Assembly (NCBI RefSeq): GCF_000009045.1
Contig: NC_000964.3
Span: 3,750,001 to 3,782,000 of the forward strand
DNA: 32,000 nucleotides
Direction: 5' to 3'
Source of the DNA: Bacillus subtilis subsp. subtilis str. 168
Lineage (GTDB): Bacteria > Bacillota > Bacilli > Bacillales > Bacillaceae
This document shows positions 9,171-18,794 of this stretch, piece by piece (the stretch's first letter is position 1; each line of letters opens with the position of its first letter). A program made the translations under genes and the position numbers. The notes beneath the pieces are model-generated. The model was not told the origin of the DNA, ran no database searches, and saw nothing but the letters and a program-made list of their open reading frames with translations.

Positions 9171-9591
9171 AATATTTCTCATACATCTCTTGTTTTCTTC
9201 GCTTCGCCAACACATATAAACCATAAAACAACCCAATTCCAACAGCATCGATGAGCACATCCCGGATACAACCATTCCTGCTGAAGAAGAGCTGAAGAAC
9301 TTCTGTGAAAAAAGCAAACGCAAATGAGCCGGCTGCAGCTGATCTTATGCTGCCCCGCTGTTTCCACAGCAAATATGTCAGCACAAAGAAGGAAAACGCG
9401 TGTCCGATTTTTTGAATAAACGCTTCAGGTACAGTAAGCTCAGTAAAATCCATAACTAAAAATTGAGACAGATCAGGGTGCGGCTGAAAATGAAAAGCCA
9501 CCGTTTGCGATACGACCATGCCGCTGAAGCTTTCCGTACAGACAGAAAGCAGGATAAAAAAGATCCAGCCTGCGAGCAATAGGCGGTTCAT
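9169..9591 (-). CDS. ywnJ: VanZ-like membrane protein
   Basis: ORF with VanZ-like GHAFSFFVLTYLL...; start assigned to MNRLLLAG because AAAGGAGG-N7-ATG precedes it (ORF track extends further to 9702). Confidence 0.8.
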   Translation of the reverse strand: MNRLLLAGWIFFILLSVCTESFSGMVVSQTVAFHFQPHPDLSQFLVMDFTELTVPEAFIQKIGHAFSFFVLTYLLWKQRGSIRSAAAGSFAFAFFTEVLQLFFSRNGCIRDVLIDAVGIGLFYGLYVLAKRRKQEMYEKY

Positions 9592-9666
9592 GACATAACC
9601 TCCTTTATAACGTACGTGCCTACATGTAACTACATAGACGGTAAAACAAAGCAAAAAGTAACAGAA

Positions 9667-9698
9667 AAAAACGCCCATCACAAGGATAGACGTTTTCT
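9667..9698 (-). terminator. Terminator downstream of spoIIQ
   Basis: Minus strand AACGTC...GGGCGTTTTTTT. Confidence 0.6.
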
Positions 9699-9701
9699 TC
9701 A

Positions 9702-10553
9702 TTAAGACTGTTCAGTGTCTTCTGTTGTGCTGCTTTCTTTAGAACCAGATTTGTCAGTTGAATCATCCTTTTTCTCACCGGATTTTTCTTCTGTTCCTTT
9801 TTCAGTTGATCCGTCCTTTTTCTCGGAAGATTGCTGAATGGATTCTTCTGTTTCTTGGGTGGCAGCTTTTTCAATAGAAGAAACTGGTTTGTCCATAAAG
9901 TTTAACGGATTCATTGCAACCCCATCTTTACGGATTTCAAAGTGCACGTGGTTTCCGCTGTCTTCACTGTAAAGGTTCTTGCCAGATTTTCCGATCACTT
10001 GATTTTGTTTTACTTTGTCACCTTGCTCTACGCTTACTTCGGAAAGAGATTGATACACAGTCGATAAACCGTCGGCATGTTCTACTTCCACAACATATCC
10101 CAGCACTGGATCTTTTTCAGCTTTAACAACCGTACCGCTCAGAGAAGCAGAGACATCGAAATCTTTTCCGTCTTTCTCAGCTAAGTCAATTCCTTTGCTT
10201 AGGCTGTACGTGTTATTATAGGTAACGAGTGCTGCTTCTTTCTCTTCTTTTGCGGCATCGGTTTCATAGAACTTTTTCACAACAGAAACGTTTTCAGAAT
10301 CAACAACCGGCATTGCGACATTTTCCATTGACTTTCCTACTTCAACTGCATCGTCGTTGTTGTCATATGCGGAGTTTCCGCCGTTATCAGCCAACTGATC
10401 CTTTACCTCATCATTTGATACTGATTGATACCAAAGGACAGCTGTTAAAATGACGGCCGCACTGACTAAGTAAATTGCAGGGAACACCCAGCGTTTACGA
10501 AAAAACTGCTGAAGTTTTTTGACTTGAGAAGTTTTCTTTTCTTCCTCTCTCAT
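9702..10553 (-). CDS. spoIIQ: Forespore engulfment protein SpoIIQ, degenerate LytM/M23 domain
   Basis: 283 aa; single N-terminal TM, LytM domain (SGLSTVYQSLSEVSVEQGDKVKQNQVIGKSGKNLYSEDSGNHVHFEI), Ser/Glu-rich tail. Confidence 0.97.
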   Translation of the reverse strand: MREEEKKTSQVKKLQQFFRKRWVFPAIYLVSAAVILTAVLWYQSVSNDEVKDQLADNGGNSAYDNNDDAVEVGKSMENVAMPVVDSENVSVVKKFYETDAAKEEKEAALVTYNNTYSLSKGIDLAEKDGKDFDVSASLSGTVVKAEKDPVLGYVVEVEHADGLSTVYQSLSEVSVEQGDKVKQNQVIGKSGKNLYSEDSGNHVHFEIRKDGVAMNPLNFMDKPVSSIEKAATQETEESIQQSSEKKDGSTEKGTEEKSGEKKDDSTDKSGSKESSTTEDTEQS

Positions 10554-10572
10554 TGTTTCATCACCTCAGCAA

Positions 10573-10602
10573 CATTCTGAACACTTTTCTGAAAATATAT
10601 AC
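10573..10602 (-). promoter_or_regulatory. SigF-type promoter of spoIIQ
   Basis: GTATA-N15-GTTCAGAATG versus GYATA-N15-GGNRANANTR; SpoIIQ is known to be sigma-F dependent. Confidence 0.75.
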
Positions 10603-10687
10603 AACCTATCCAAAAAAACTTTTTTAGATGTAGTTTGCACAGACTGAACGAAAATATGTATTTTTTTGAGAGGAGTGCCAAAAACGT

Positions 10688-11185
10688 ATGAACATGACAT
10701 TGCGTCTTGCTGAACATAGAGACTTGGAGGCTGTTGTGGCGATTTATAATTCAACGATTGCTTCTCGAATGGTAACAGCCGATACCGAACCGGTAACTCC
10801 TGAAGACCGGATGGAATGGTTTTCGGGACATACAGAGTCACGTCCGCTCTATGTGGCCGAGGATGAAAACGGAAACGTCGCTGCCTGGATCAGCTTTGAA
10901 ACATTTTATGGAAGGCCAGCCTATAATAAAACAGCGGAAGTCAGCATATACATTGACGAAGCATGCCGCGGCAAAGGTGTTGGATCATATTTGCTTCAAG
11001 AAGCGCTCCGCATTGCCCCGAATCTTGGCATCCGCTCACTTATGGCCTTCATTTTCGGGCATAATAAACCAAGCCTGAAGCTGTTTGAAAAGCACGGGTT
11101 TGCAGAATGGGGACTATTCCCCGGCATCGCCGAAATGGACGGGAAAAGATACGATTTAAAAATTTTAGGGAGAGAGCTTTCATGA
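10688..11185 (+). CDS. ywnH: GNAT acetyltransferase (phosphinothricin/methionine-sulfone type)
   Basis: GNAT motif EACRGKGVGSYLLQEAL; start could also be the ATG at 10694. Confidence 0.9.
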   Translation: MNMTLRLAEHRDLEAVVAIYNSTIASRMVTADTEPVTPEDRMEWFSGHTESRPLYVAEDENGNVAAWISFETFYGRPAYNKTAEVSIYIDEACRGKGVGSYLLQEALRIAPNLGIRSLMAFIFGHNKPSLKLFEKHGFAEWGLFPGIAEMDGKRYDLKILGRELS

Positions 11186-11700
11186 TTAGTCTGGATAAAG
11201 ATGAAAACGAAATTGAACATCATAATGAAGAAAATAGCCTTGTTGAACAGGAGACTGCACCTGTTGGACAGGAGAGCCGCCAGCTGAGCGCCTCCGCTGT
11301 CAAGTCGCTATCCGACATTGCCAAGTGGGGCAAAATTTCTGGCATCTTGTTAATCATTATGGGATCGCTTGTCACTCTGTCTGTTTTGATGACAGTGATT
11401 GGCGCCATCCCGGGCGTACTGCTCATTATTTCAGGCGTATTTTTGATGCGCTCAGCAAAAGCAGCCGCGGAAGCCGAAGGAAATCTAACCGGCAGCGCTG
11501 GCGAAAGCATGCTTGAAAATTACGGGACATTTATAAAAATGCAGCTGTTTTATGCAGCATCCAGTATCGTTACTGTCCTGATCGGGATCATTGTAGCCAT
11601 TTTCGTGCTGGTGGTAATCGGCATTGCTGCTTTTGAGAACACGCCTTCGTATGATGATCCGGATTCTTATTATTATGAGGATGATCCGGTGTTTGAATAA
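11182..11700 (+). CDS. ywnF: Small membrane protein YwnF (paralogue of YwnC)
   Basis: 172 aa from MISLDKDENEIEH; ATGA overlap with ywnH stop; shares IIMG..IGA.PGVL.IISG.FLMRSA...LENY..F.KMQ with ywnC. Confidence 0.85.
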   Translation: MISLDKDENEIEHHNEENSLVEQETAPVGQESRQLSASAVKSLSDIAKWGKISGILLIIMGSLVTLSVLMTVIGAIPGVLLIISGVFLMRSAKAAAEAEGNLTGSAGESMLENYGTFIKMQLFYAASSIVTVLIGIIVAIFVLVVIGIAAFENTPSYDDPDSYYYEDDPVFE

Positions 11701-11715
11701 TGATGAGACAGGACA

Positions 11716-11757
11716 GGGCATGAGTTCCATATAAACGGAACCATGCCTATTTTATTT
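11716..11757 (+). terminator. Terminator after ywnH-ywnF
   Basis: GGCATG-a-GTTCC...GGAAC-CATGCC then TATTTTATTT. Confidence 0.75.
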
Positions 11758-11931
11758 GACTATTCAAAGCAGGCCGGCGTAAACACCAAATCCTGAAGCA
11801 AGCATACAATAGACATCTCTAGTAGAGGAAATCAACAAAGCAACGCTGTTACCCAGAAATGAATATCAAAAAAACGGATGAAGTCGGAATCAATCCGAAA
11901 CCGCACTTTTTATTTCGGGTGTCTGCATGCA

Positions 11932-11978
11932 AAAAAACACACCCGGATCGTCTGGAAAATCTCAACAATCCGGGTGCA
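11932..11978 (-). terminator. Terminator of ywnG
   Basis: CACCCGGAT...ATCCGGGTG stem; on the minus strand followed by TTTTTTT. Confidence 0.9.
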
Positions 11979-11986
11979 GATCTTCT

Positions 11987-12421
11987 TTAATACATTTTTT
12001 TGCGTCTGTCTTCCTCAGTCAAAAATTCAACAAAACTCCGCATCGCAAAAGGCTCTTCCTTTATTTGTCGTGCGTAGGAGCTTTTCCGCTCTTCTGAAAG
12101 GATTTCGCTCTTTTTGATCCTGTTCAGCATATAGATGTGAACCGTTTTTTGGATTTGTTTATGCTGATAGCCTGCCTCTTTAAAAAATGCGAGCCCGAGC
12201 GCCGCCAAAAGGGCGAATATGCCTGCGCTGATCAGGGACTCCCTGTCAGCTGAAGCATGAAATAGAAAAGCAGCTAAATTAAAGAGAGAGAATGCAGCAA
12301 GCGGAATAGCAAGAAAACGGTAAATGACGGTTTTTTTCATGAAAGGCTGTACGGCCTTTTGAATTTTTTGCATTTCTGTTTTGATGAACCCCGGCATTTG
12401 TTCGACTCTGTAAAAGTTCAT
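11987..12421 (-). CDS. ywnG: Uncharacterised membrane-associated protein YwnG
   Basis: 144 aa from MNFYRVEQMPG; RBS GGGGGAGG 5 nt before ATG. Confidence 0.8.
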   Translation of the reverse strand: MNFYRVEQMPGFIKTEMQKIQKAVQPFMKKTVIYRFLAIPLAAFSLFNLAAFLFHASADRESLISAGIFALLAALGLAFFKEAGYQHKQIQKTVHIYMLNRIKKSEILSEERKSSYARQIKEEPFAMRSFVEFLTEEDRRKKMY

Positions 12422-12663
12422 ATAATCCTCCCCCTTTATTTGATGTTTCAAGCTTCACGAACGTTATCATATGTGTTTATTTTAACGCAGGTGCAAGCTG
12501 GTTTTAAAGAAATCTGCCCGTATTTTTCACGAAGAATCTGGATCGCCGCTCTTTATTCTTTTAAAATGTGAGTGTTATAATTTGTAATGGGAATCAGATC
12601 ACTGTTATTCATGGAATACTAATGGCAATCTTCTTGATAAATATGAATGAGCGGGGTTACAAA

Positions 12664-14112
12664 GTGAGTATTTCTTCCATCCTTTTATCACTTTTTTTCA
12701 TTTTAAATATTCTTTTGGCCATCATTGTCATCTTCAAAGAACGGCGCGATGCCAGTGCATCTTGGGCGTGGCTGCTTGTTCTTTTCTTTATTCCCGTTTT
12801 AGGCTTTATTTTATACTTATTATTCGGCCATAATCTCAGACGCAAGCATTTGTTTCAATGGGAAGACCGGAAAAAGATTGGAATTGAAAGGCTGCTGAAG
12901 CATCAGCTTGAAGATTTAGAAACCAAGCAATTTCAGTTTAACAACCGGGCAACCTTTGATAACAAAGATTTAATTTATATGCTGATTATGAATAACCATG
13001 CTGTGTTTACAGAGGATAATTCAGTTGACGTCATTACAGATGGACGGGATAAATTTCAGCGGCTGCTGAGTGACATTTCAAAGGCTAAGGATCATATCCA
13101 TTTACAGTATTATATTTATAAAGGCGATGAATTAGGCAAAAAATTGCGGGACGCTCTCATCCAAAAGGCGAAAGAAGGTGTTCAGGTCAGAGTGCTTTAT
13201 GATGAACTCGGGTCCAGAACGCTGAGAAAAAAGTTTTTTAAAGAGCTTCGCGAGGCTGGCGGGCATGTGGAGGTCTTTTTCCCGTCAAAGCTCAGGCCGA
13301 TTAACCTGCGGCTGAATTACCGGAACCATCGAAAGCTTGTGATCATAGACGGTATGACCGGTTATGTCGGAGGCTTTAACGTCGGAGATGAGTATCTAGG
13401 GCTTAATCCGAAATTCGGTTATTGGCGGGATACGCATATCCGGCTGCAAGGAACGGCCGTGCACGCCATCCAAACACGATTCATCCTTGACTGGAACCAA
13501 GCTTCTCATCACCATACGCTGACATATATTCCAAATCACTTTCCTGATTACGGCCCAAAAGGCAACGTCGGGATGCAGATTGTCACAAGCGGCCCTGATT
13601 CGGAATGGGAACAAATTAAAAATGGCTACATCAAAATGATTTCGAACGCCAAGCGTTCCATTTTGATACAAACACCTTATTTTATCCCAGATGCAAGCCT
13701 GCTGGATGCTTTAAGGATCGCTTGCCTTTCGGGCATTGACGTTAACATTATGATTCCGAACAAGCCCGATCACGCCTTTGTATACTGGGCGACACTTTCG
13801 TATATCGGCGATCTGCTGAAAGCCGGAGCCACTGTCTATATTTACGATAACGGCTTTATTCACGCGAAAACCATCGTGGTGGATGACGAAATCGCTTCAG
13901 TCGGCACAGCGAACATTGATGTCCGAAGCTTCAGGCTGAATTTTGAGGTTAATGCATTTATTTACGATATCACCATTGCTAAAAAACTGGTTTCAACTTT
14001 TAAAGAAGATTTGCTAGTATCCAGAAAATTCACCTATGAGGAGTATCTGCAGCGCCCGTTGTGGATTCGAATAAAAGAATCCGTCTCGCGGCTGTTGTCG
14101 CCGATCTTATAA
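12664..14112 (+). CDS. clsB: Cardiolipin synthase (phospholipase D superfamily)
   Basis: 482 aa from GTG (VSISSILLS); two HKD motifs (HRKLVIIDG, HAKTIVVDD); alias ywnE. Confidence 0.93.
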   Translation: MSISSILLSLFFILNILLAIIVIFKERRDASASWAWLLVLFFIPVLGFILYLLFGHNLRRKHLFQWEDRKKIGIERLLKHQLEDLETKQFQFNNRATFDNKDLIYMLIMNNHAVFTEDNSVDVITDGRDKFQRLLSDISKAKDHIHLQYYIYKGDELGKKLRDALIQKAKEGVQVRVLYDELGSRTLRKKFFKELREAGGHVEVFFPSKLRPINLRLNYRNHRKLVIIDGMTGYVGGFNVGDEYLGLNPKFGYWRDTHIRLQGTAVHAIQTRFILDWNQASHHHTLTYIPNHFPDYGPKGNVGMQIVTSGPDSEWEQIKNGYIKMISNAKRSILIQTPYFIPDASLLDALRIACLSGIDVNIMIPNKPDHAFVYWATLSYIGDLLKAGATVYIYDNGFIHAKTIVVDDEIASVGTANIDVRSFRLNFEVNAFIYDITIAKKLVSTFKEDLLVSRKFTYEEYLQRPLWIRIKESVSRLLSPIL

Positions 14113-14120
14113 GATGCGTA

Positions 14121-14149
14121 AACCCCCGGCCTTTACGGCCGGGGGTTTT
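14121..14149. terminator. Bidirectional terminator between clsB and mta
   Basis: AACCCCCGGCC-TTTAC-GGCCGGGGGTTTTC. Confidence 0.93.
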
Positions 14150-14906
14150 CCTGATGGTCACAGTAAATGATGATTGCCTCCCGCAAAAAAGCGGCAAGAC
14201 CTTCTCCATATTGATTGATTGAATCGGTAAATCGCTCGTCAGTGATATACACTTCCCCGAGTCCTCTGAAAATGTCGAGTGTGCAATCGTAATGATATTG
14301 GCAAATATGATCGCGAAATGCCCCCACAGCGGCCTGAATCTCTGCATCATCGGGCCCATGCTTCATTCGCGCCGCAATTCGTCTGTAAATCGAATCAAAT
14401 TCAGCCATGATCGTGCGCCAATCATCTGCCGAGTATGCAGATGTCCTTTTCTCTGTTTCTTCTGCGATTTCCTTTCCATACAGCTTTCTGACTTCATCAG
14501 CGTATGTCTGCTGGTGCTCTTCAATGTCTTTCATGCTTAATCCGGCAAATAAATCCCTCTTATTCATCGTTTCCCCTCCATCAACGGACAAAAGCGTCCT
14601 GTCAATTGTTTGAATCATCTCATCCATTCTTTGTTTTTTCTTCATCAATATCTCCTTTTGCGACTGAAGTGCCGCTTTCCGGTCAAAATTCGGATGATCC
14701 AGCATCTCTTTAATCTCATCCAGACGAAACCCGATTTCCTTGAAAAATAAAATCTGTTGCAGTCTTTCCAGGTCTGCGTCACTGTACAAACGATACCCAG
14801 CATCAGTAAGCGCTGAAGGATTCAGAAGCTCAATATTGTCATAGTGATGAAGCGTCCGAATGCTAACGCCTGATATCTCCGCCACTTGTTTAACTTGATA
14901 TTTCAT
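14133..14906 (-). CDS. mta: MerR-family multidrug regulator with TipAS domain, Mta
   Basis: 257 aa from MKYQVKQVAEISGVSIRTLHHYDNI; MerR HTH and TipAS effector domain. Confidence 0.96.
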   Translation of the reverse strand: MKYQVKQVAEISGVSIRTLHHYDNIELLNPSALTDAGYRLYSDADLERLQQILFFKEIGFRLDEIKEMLDHPNFDRKAALQSQKEILMKKKQRMDEMIQTIDRTLLSVDGGETMNKRDLFAGLSMKDIEEHQQTYADEVRKLYGKEIAEETEKRTSAYSADDWRTIMAEFDSIYRRIAARMKHGPDDAEIQAAVGAFRDHICQYHYDCTLDIFRGLGEVYITDERFTDSINQYGEGLAAFLREAIIIYCDHQENPRP

Positions 14907-14927
14907 ACATAACACCTCCTCTTTTTT

Positions 14928-14958
14928 ATCGTAAACAATCACGCAACGTTAGGGTCAA
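14928..14958 (-). promoter_or_regulatory. MerR-type promoter of mta with 19-bp spacer
   Basis: TTGACC-N19 (CTAACGTTGCGTGATTGTT)-TACGAT. Confidence 0.8.
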
Positions 14959-15050
14959 TCCCCAAAATGTTATTTTCTATATACAAAACTTCTCACAAAT
15001 AGTGTATAAAAGAAAAGTGAGTATTTTTTTGTAAAGGGGAGCCAGTATAC

Positions 15051-15434
15051 ATGAATCCTGAAACAATGAACAAAACCCTCATCAGCATTTCGAAATGGGG
15101 AAAAGCTACAGGCATTTTATTTATTATTATGGGCGCAATTACCGCGCTTTCAGGCGCGTTCTTTTTTCTAATCGGTGCCGTGCCAGGCGTACTGCAAATT
15201 ATTTCCGGTATCTTTTTGATGAGGTCAGCTAGGGAAGCAGGCCAAATGGCTGAACACAATAGCGGACAGTCTGAAGACTTAATGCTGGAGAATTACGCGA
15301 AATTCGTAAAGATGCAAGGGATTTATTTGATCGTAAGCATTGCTGTATCCATTCTTGCGATTATCGCCTTCTTCATCTTTTTAATGCTTGGGATTGCTGA
15401 CGGCCTTTTCAGCGATACGTACAGCACTTATTAA
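15051..15434 (+). CDS. ywnC: Small membrane protein YwnC (paralogue of YwnF)
   Basis: 127 aa; conserved motif block shared with ywnF. Confidence 0.88.
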   Translation: MNPETMNKTLISISKWGKATGILFIIMGAITALSGAFFFLIGAVPGVLQIISGIFLMRSAREAGQMAEHNSGQSEDLMLENYAKFVKMQGIYLIVSIAVSILAIIAFFIFLMLGIADGLFSDTYSTY

Positions 15435-15440
15435 TGAGAA

Positions 15441-15467
15441 AAACCCGGAGCTGGCTCCGGGTTTTTT
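15441..15467. terminator. Bidirectional terminator between convergent ywnC and ywnB
   Basis: AAACCCGGAGC-TG-GCTCCGGGTTTTTT. Confidence 0.92.
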
Positions 15468-15468
15468 A

Positions 15469-16110
15469 TTATTCCGCTTCGCTTACCACTGTGAAGCGTT
15501 CATTTTTGTGTTCGGGATGTTCAAGCTCGTCCAACACGGCAATGGCATAATCTGCATAGCTGATATAGCTGTCTCCTTTTGCATTTACGATGACATTGTC
15601 TTTTCCTTTTTGGTAAGAGCCAGTCCGTTTTCCTGCTGGATCAAAAAATGCCGCAGGACTGAGGAACGTCCAGGAAATGGAGTCTGTCTGCTGCAAATCT
15701 TTCAGGTTCTCGCCTTGATTTGATGCAGTTGGCAAATATTCTTTCGGAAATTCCGGCGTATCCATTAAACGGGTTGTTTTGGCTTCATCAACAAACAGGC
15801 TTCCCGCTCCGCCAACAACAAGCAATCTTGTGTGCTTCGCGTCCTTTAAAATGCTGATGAGTGCTCTTCCTGCTTCAACATGAAGATGTTCTTGGCCGGG
15901 TGCTGCTCCAAAAGCGTTTACGACCGCGTCGAAAGGCTTGATGTCTTCCGCAGTCAGTTCAAACACATCTTTTTCCAAAATCGCTACGTCTTGCTCCTGC
16001 ACTTTTGAAGCGTTTCTGACGATGGCTGTCACTTCATGGCCTCTTTTTTTCGCTTCTTTCAAAATCTCGTTTCCCGCTTTCCCGCTTGCGCCTATAATAC
16101 CAATTTTCAT
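15469..16110 (-). CDS. ywnB: NAD(P)-binding Rossmann-fold reductase (NmrA/SDR-like)
   Basis: 213 aa; N-terminal MKIGIIGASGKAGNEILKEAKKRGHEV; RBS AAGGAGG. Confidence 0.92.
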   Translation of the reverse strand: MKIGIIGASGKAGNEILKEAKKRGHEVTAIVRNASKVQEQDVAILEKDVFELTAEDIKPFDAVVNAFGAAPGQEHLHVEAGRALISILKDAKHTRLLVVGGAGSLFVDEAKTTRLMDTPEFPKEYLPTASNQGENLKDLQQTDSISWTFLSPAAFFDPAGKRTGSYQKGKDNVIVNAKGDSYISYADYAIAVLDELEHPEHKNERFTVVSEAE

Positions 16111-16129
16111 TTTTCATTTCCTCCTTATT

Positions 16130-16148
16130 TGTAACAATTTTAGTTACA
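16130..16148. promoter_or_regulatory. Candidate YwnA operator, upstream of ywnB
   Basis: TGTAAC-AATTTTA-GTTACA; identical half sites and spacing to the site at 16596..16614. Confidence 0.7.
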
Positions 16149-16177
16149 TGTTAGCGGTGAGAAGTCATCCCTTTTGA

Positions 16178-16579
16178 TTAAAAGAGATGATTCATAACAT
16201 CTTTTAATGACTTGCTTGCCAGTTCATTTTCCATCGCTCTTTGCACACTTTCAAACGTTTCATCCAGAGCGTTCTGAATTTTTTTCCCTACCGGACATTT
16301 CGGATTCGGGTTTTCATGAACCGCAAAGAGTTCTTCTTGCTTTTGGACAGCCCGGTACACTTCTAAAAGAGAAATATCAGCAGGATCTTTTTTGAGGCTT
16401 GCACCCGGCACCCCGGCGCGTGATGTGAGAATATCAGCTTTTTTCAGCAGGCTGATCATTCTTCGCACAACTACCGGATTCGTGTTGACACTGTCTGCAA
16501 TGATTTCTGAAGATGTTTTTTCATCCATCGAGATGAGGGATAAAATATGAATGGCAACAGCAAGACGGCTGTTAATCAT
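16178..16579 (-). CDS. ywnA: Rrf2-family transcriptional regulator
   Basis: 133 aa; SRLAVAIHILSL winged-helix start and Rrf2 architecture (ENPNPKCPVGKKIQNAL). Confidence 0.93.
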   Translation of the reverse strand: MINSRLAVAIHILSLISMDEKTSSEIIADSVNTNPVVVRRMISLLKKADILTSRAGVPGASLKKDPADISLLEVYRAVQKQEELFAVHENPNPKCPVGKKIQNALDETFESVQRAMENELASKSLKDVMNHLF

Positions 16580-16595
16580 GTTTTTTCACCACCGT

Positions 16596-16614
16596 TGTAA
16601 CTATAATAGTTACA
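16596..16614. promoter_or_regulatory. Perfect 19-nt palindrome, candidate YwnA autoregulatory operator
   Basis: TGTAACTAT-A-ATAGTTACA covering the -10 box of ywnA. Confidence 0.75.
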
Positions 16615-16631
16615 TTTGATTCGTTTGTCAA
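16603..16631 (-). promoter_or_regulatory. SigA promoter of ywnA
   Basis: TTGACA-N17-TATTAT. Confidence 0.8.
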
Positions 16632-16713
16632 CATCTAATATACACTAAATACATGGGTTTTGTGCACCGTTTTTAGTCAATAGAACGGCCGGATGCACTC
16701 CGGCCGCGTCTTA

Positions 16714-18423
16714 TCAAAATAAGAAATATCTTTGTCCAAGTGGGACATAATCGACAGGCTGGCAAGACAATTCCTCCCCGTCAGCAAAGACCTGATAGGT
16801 TTTTGGATCAATCTCAATCTTCGGCAAAGCCGAATTCAGCTTCATATCCAGCTTGCTCAGCTTTCTGATATTTTTGACTGGAGAAATCCTTTTTTCCAGC
16901 CCTAAGCTTTCCGCCACACCACGCTCTATGCTTGCCTGAGACATAAATGTAATCGAGGTTGAGCGGTTGGCTTTTCCGTAAGACGCATACATTTGGCGCA
17001 TGAAAACCGGTTCAGGAGTCGGGATGGACGCGTTCGGATCTCCCATTTGCGCACGTGCAATCATGCCGCCCTTTAAGACCAGTTCCGGTTTCACGCCGAA
17101 AAATACCGGGTCCCACAGAACGAGATCAGCAAGCTTCCCTTTTTCCACCGAGCCGACCTCATGGCTGAGCCCGTGCGTAATTGCCGGATTAATCGTGTAT
17201 TTGGCAATGTACCGTTTTGCGCGCACATTGTCATTCCCGTTTTCACCGGCAAGAGCGCCGCGCTGTTTTTTCATTTTATCGGCTACCTGCCATGTTCGGA
17301 TGATCACTTCACCGACCCGCCCCATCGCTTGGGAATCCGATGATGTCATGCTGATCGCACCTATATCATGGAGAATATCCTCCGCGGCAATCGTCGCCGC
17401 CCTGATTCTGGAATGGCTGAATGCCACATCTTCAGGCACTTTCGCATCTAAATGGTGGCAGACCATCATCATGTCAAGATGCTCATCCATCGTATTAACG
17501 GTATAAGGAATGGTTGGCGTTGTAGATGACGGCAGAATGTTCGCGTAAGAGGCGAGCTTCATAATATCCGGAGCGTGACCGCCGCCTGCCCCTTCAATGT
17601 GATAAGTATGAATAACCCGGTCCCCGATCGCGTCGAGCGTGTTTTCCAAAAAGCCCGCTTCGTTAATCGTATCGGTATGGATGGCAACTTGAATATCAGC
17701 CTCGTCCACGACTTCCATACACGTTTTAATGGCGCTTGGCGTCGTTCCCCAGTCTTCATGGAGCTTAAGACCGATGGCGCCTGCTTCCACCTGCTCGATC
17801 AGCGGCGCTTTATCGGATGCATTCCCTTTTCCTAAGAAGCCGACATTGATCGGAAACTCCTCGGCCGCTTCCAGCATCCTCGCCATATACCACGCCCCGG
17901 ACGTACATGTTGTCGCTTTGCTTCCTGTAGCGGGTCCTGTTCCGCCTCCCAAAAGGGTCGTCACACCTGAAGAAAGCGCAACTTCCATCTGCTGAGGACA
18001 AATAAAATGAATGTGCGTGTCCACTCCCCCGGCTGTTAAAATTTTGCCTTCACCGGAAATCACCTCTGTCCCCGCTCCGATGACCATGTGCGGATCGACT
18101 CCATCCATGATATCAGGATTTCCGCTTTTTCCGACACCGACAATCCGGCCGTCTTTCACACCGACATCCGCTTTGACAATGCCTGTGTAATCCAATAGCA
18201 CGACGTTGGTGATAACCAAATCCAAAGCGCCGTCCTTCCCTGTGATTCTGCCGTTTTGGCCCATGCCGTCTCGGATAGTTTTTCCGCCGCCAAAGATCAT
18301 TTCTTCACCGTATACTGTGAAATCCTTTTCGACTTCGATCCATAAATCCGTGTCGCCCAATCTGATTTTATCGCCCGTTGTCGGGCCAAACAGTTCCGCA
18401 TATTCCTCCCGTGACATTTTCAT
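16714..18423 (-). CDS. ureC: Urease subunit alpha
   Basis: 569 aa; [22 protein letters not shown] carbamylated-Lys motif, [13 protein letters not shown]. Confidence 0.99.
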   Translation of the reverse strand: MKMSREEYAELFGPTTGDKIRLGDTDLWIEVEKDFTVYGEEMIFGGGKTIRDGMGQNGRITGKDGALDLVITNVVLLDYTGIVKADVGVKDGRIVGVGKSGNPDIMDGVDPHMVIGAGTEVISGEGKILTAGGVDTHIHFICPQQMEVALSSGVTTLLGGGTGPATGSKATTCTSGAWYMARMLEAAEEFPINVGFLGKGNASDKAPLIEQVEAGAIGLKLHEDWGTTPSAIKTCMEVVDEADIQVAIHTDTINEAGFLENTLDAIGDRVIHTYHIEGAGGGHAPDIMKLASYANILPSSTTPTIPYTVNTMDEHLDMMMVCHHLDAKVPEDVAFSHSRIRAATIAAEDILHDIGAISMTSSDSQAMGRVGEVIIRTWQVADKMKKQRGALAGENGNDNVRAKRYIAKYTINPAITHGLSHEVGSVEKGKLADLVLWDPVFFGVKPELVLKGGMIARAQMGDPNASIPTPEPVFMRQMYASYGKANRSTSITFMSQASIERGVAESLGLEKRISPVKNIRKLSKLDMKLNSALPKIEIDPKTYQVFADGEELSCQPVDYVPLGQRYFLF

Positions 18424-18794
18424 CGGATTACACCCTCCATCCAGCCGGCTTGTTTTAAGTTGGCCAACGTTTTTTCTTTGCCGCGTTCATCGATAAACGT
18501 GTCGGCCATTCCGTTCAGCCCTCTAATTGTCTTGCGTCCTCTGATTTCCACTAGTGAGACCGTTTTCTGCTCTCCCGGCTCAAAACGGACCGACGTGCCT
18601 GATGGAACATCAAGACGCATGCCGATCGCCAGCTCACGGTCAAATAATAAAGCCCCGTTGGCCTCCGCAAAATGAAAATGCGAACCGACTTGAATGGAGC
18701 GTGATCCGGTGTTTTTTACCGTTACCTCCCGTATCTCACGGCCTTCATTAATCGTAATGGTTCCCTCAGCAATTTGAAATGCTCCCGGCTTCAT
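18420..18794 (-). CDS. ureB: Urease subunit beta
   Basis: 124 aa; [19 protein letters not shown]..., overlapping stops/starts with ureC and ureA. Confidence 0.98.
   Translation of the reverse strand: MKPGAFQIAEGTITINEGREIREVTVKNTGSRSIQVGSHFHFAEANGALLFDRELAIGMRLDVPSGTSVRFEPGEQKTVSLVEIRGRKTIRGLNGMADTFIDERGKEKTLANLKQAGWMEGVIR

Noticed and set aside
14993-15259. Minus-strand ORF opposite ywnC, resembling the minus ORF 11220..11510 opposite ywnF
   Set aside because: The mutual similarity of the antisense ORFs is explained by homology of ywnC and ywnF on the plus strand.
17000-17506. 168-codon plus-strand ORF antisense to ureC
   Set aside because: Entirely inside the conserved ureC; long antisense frames are expected in a constrained GC-biased gene. 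No RBS or family features.
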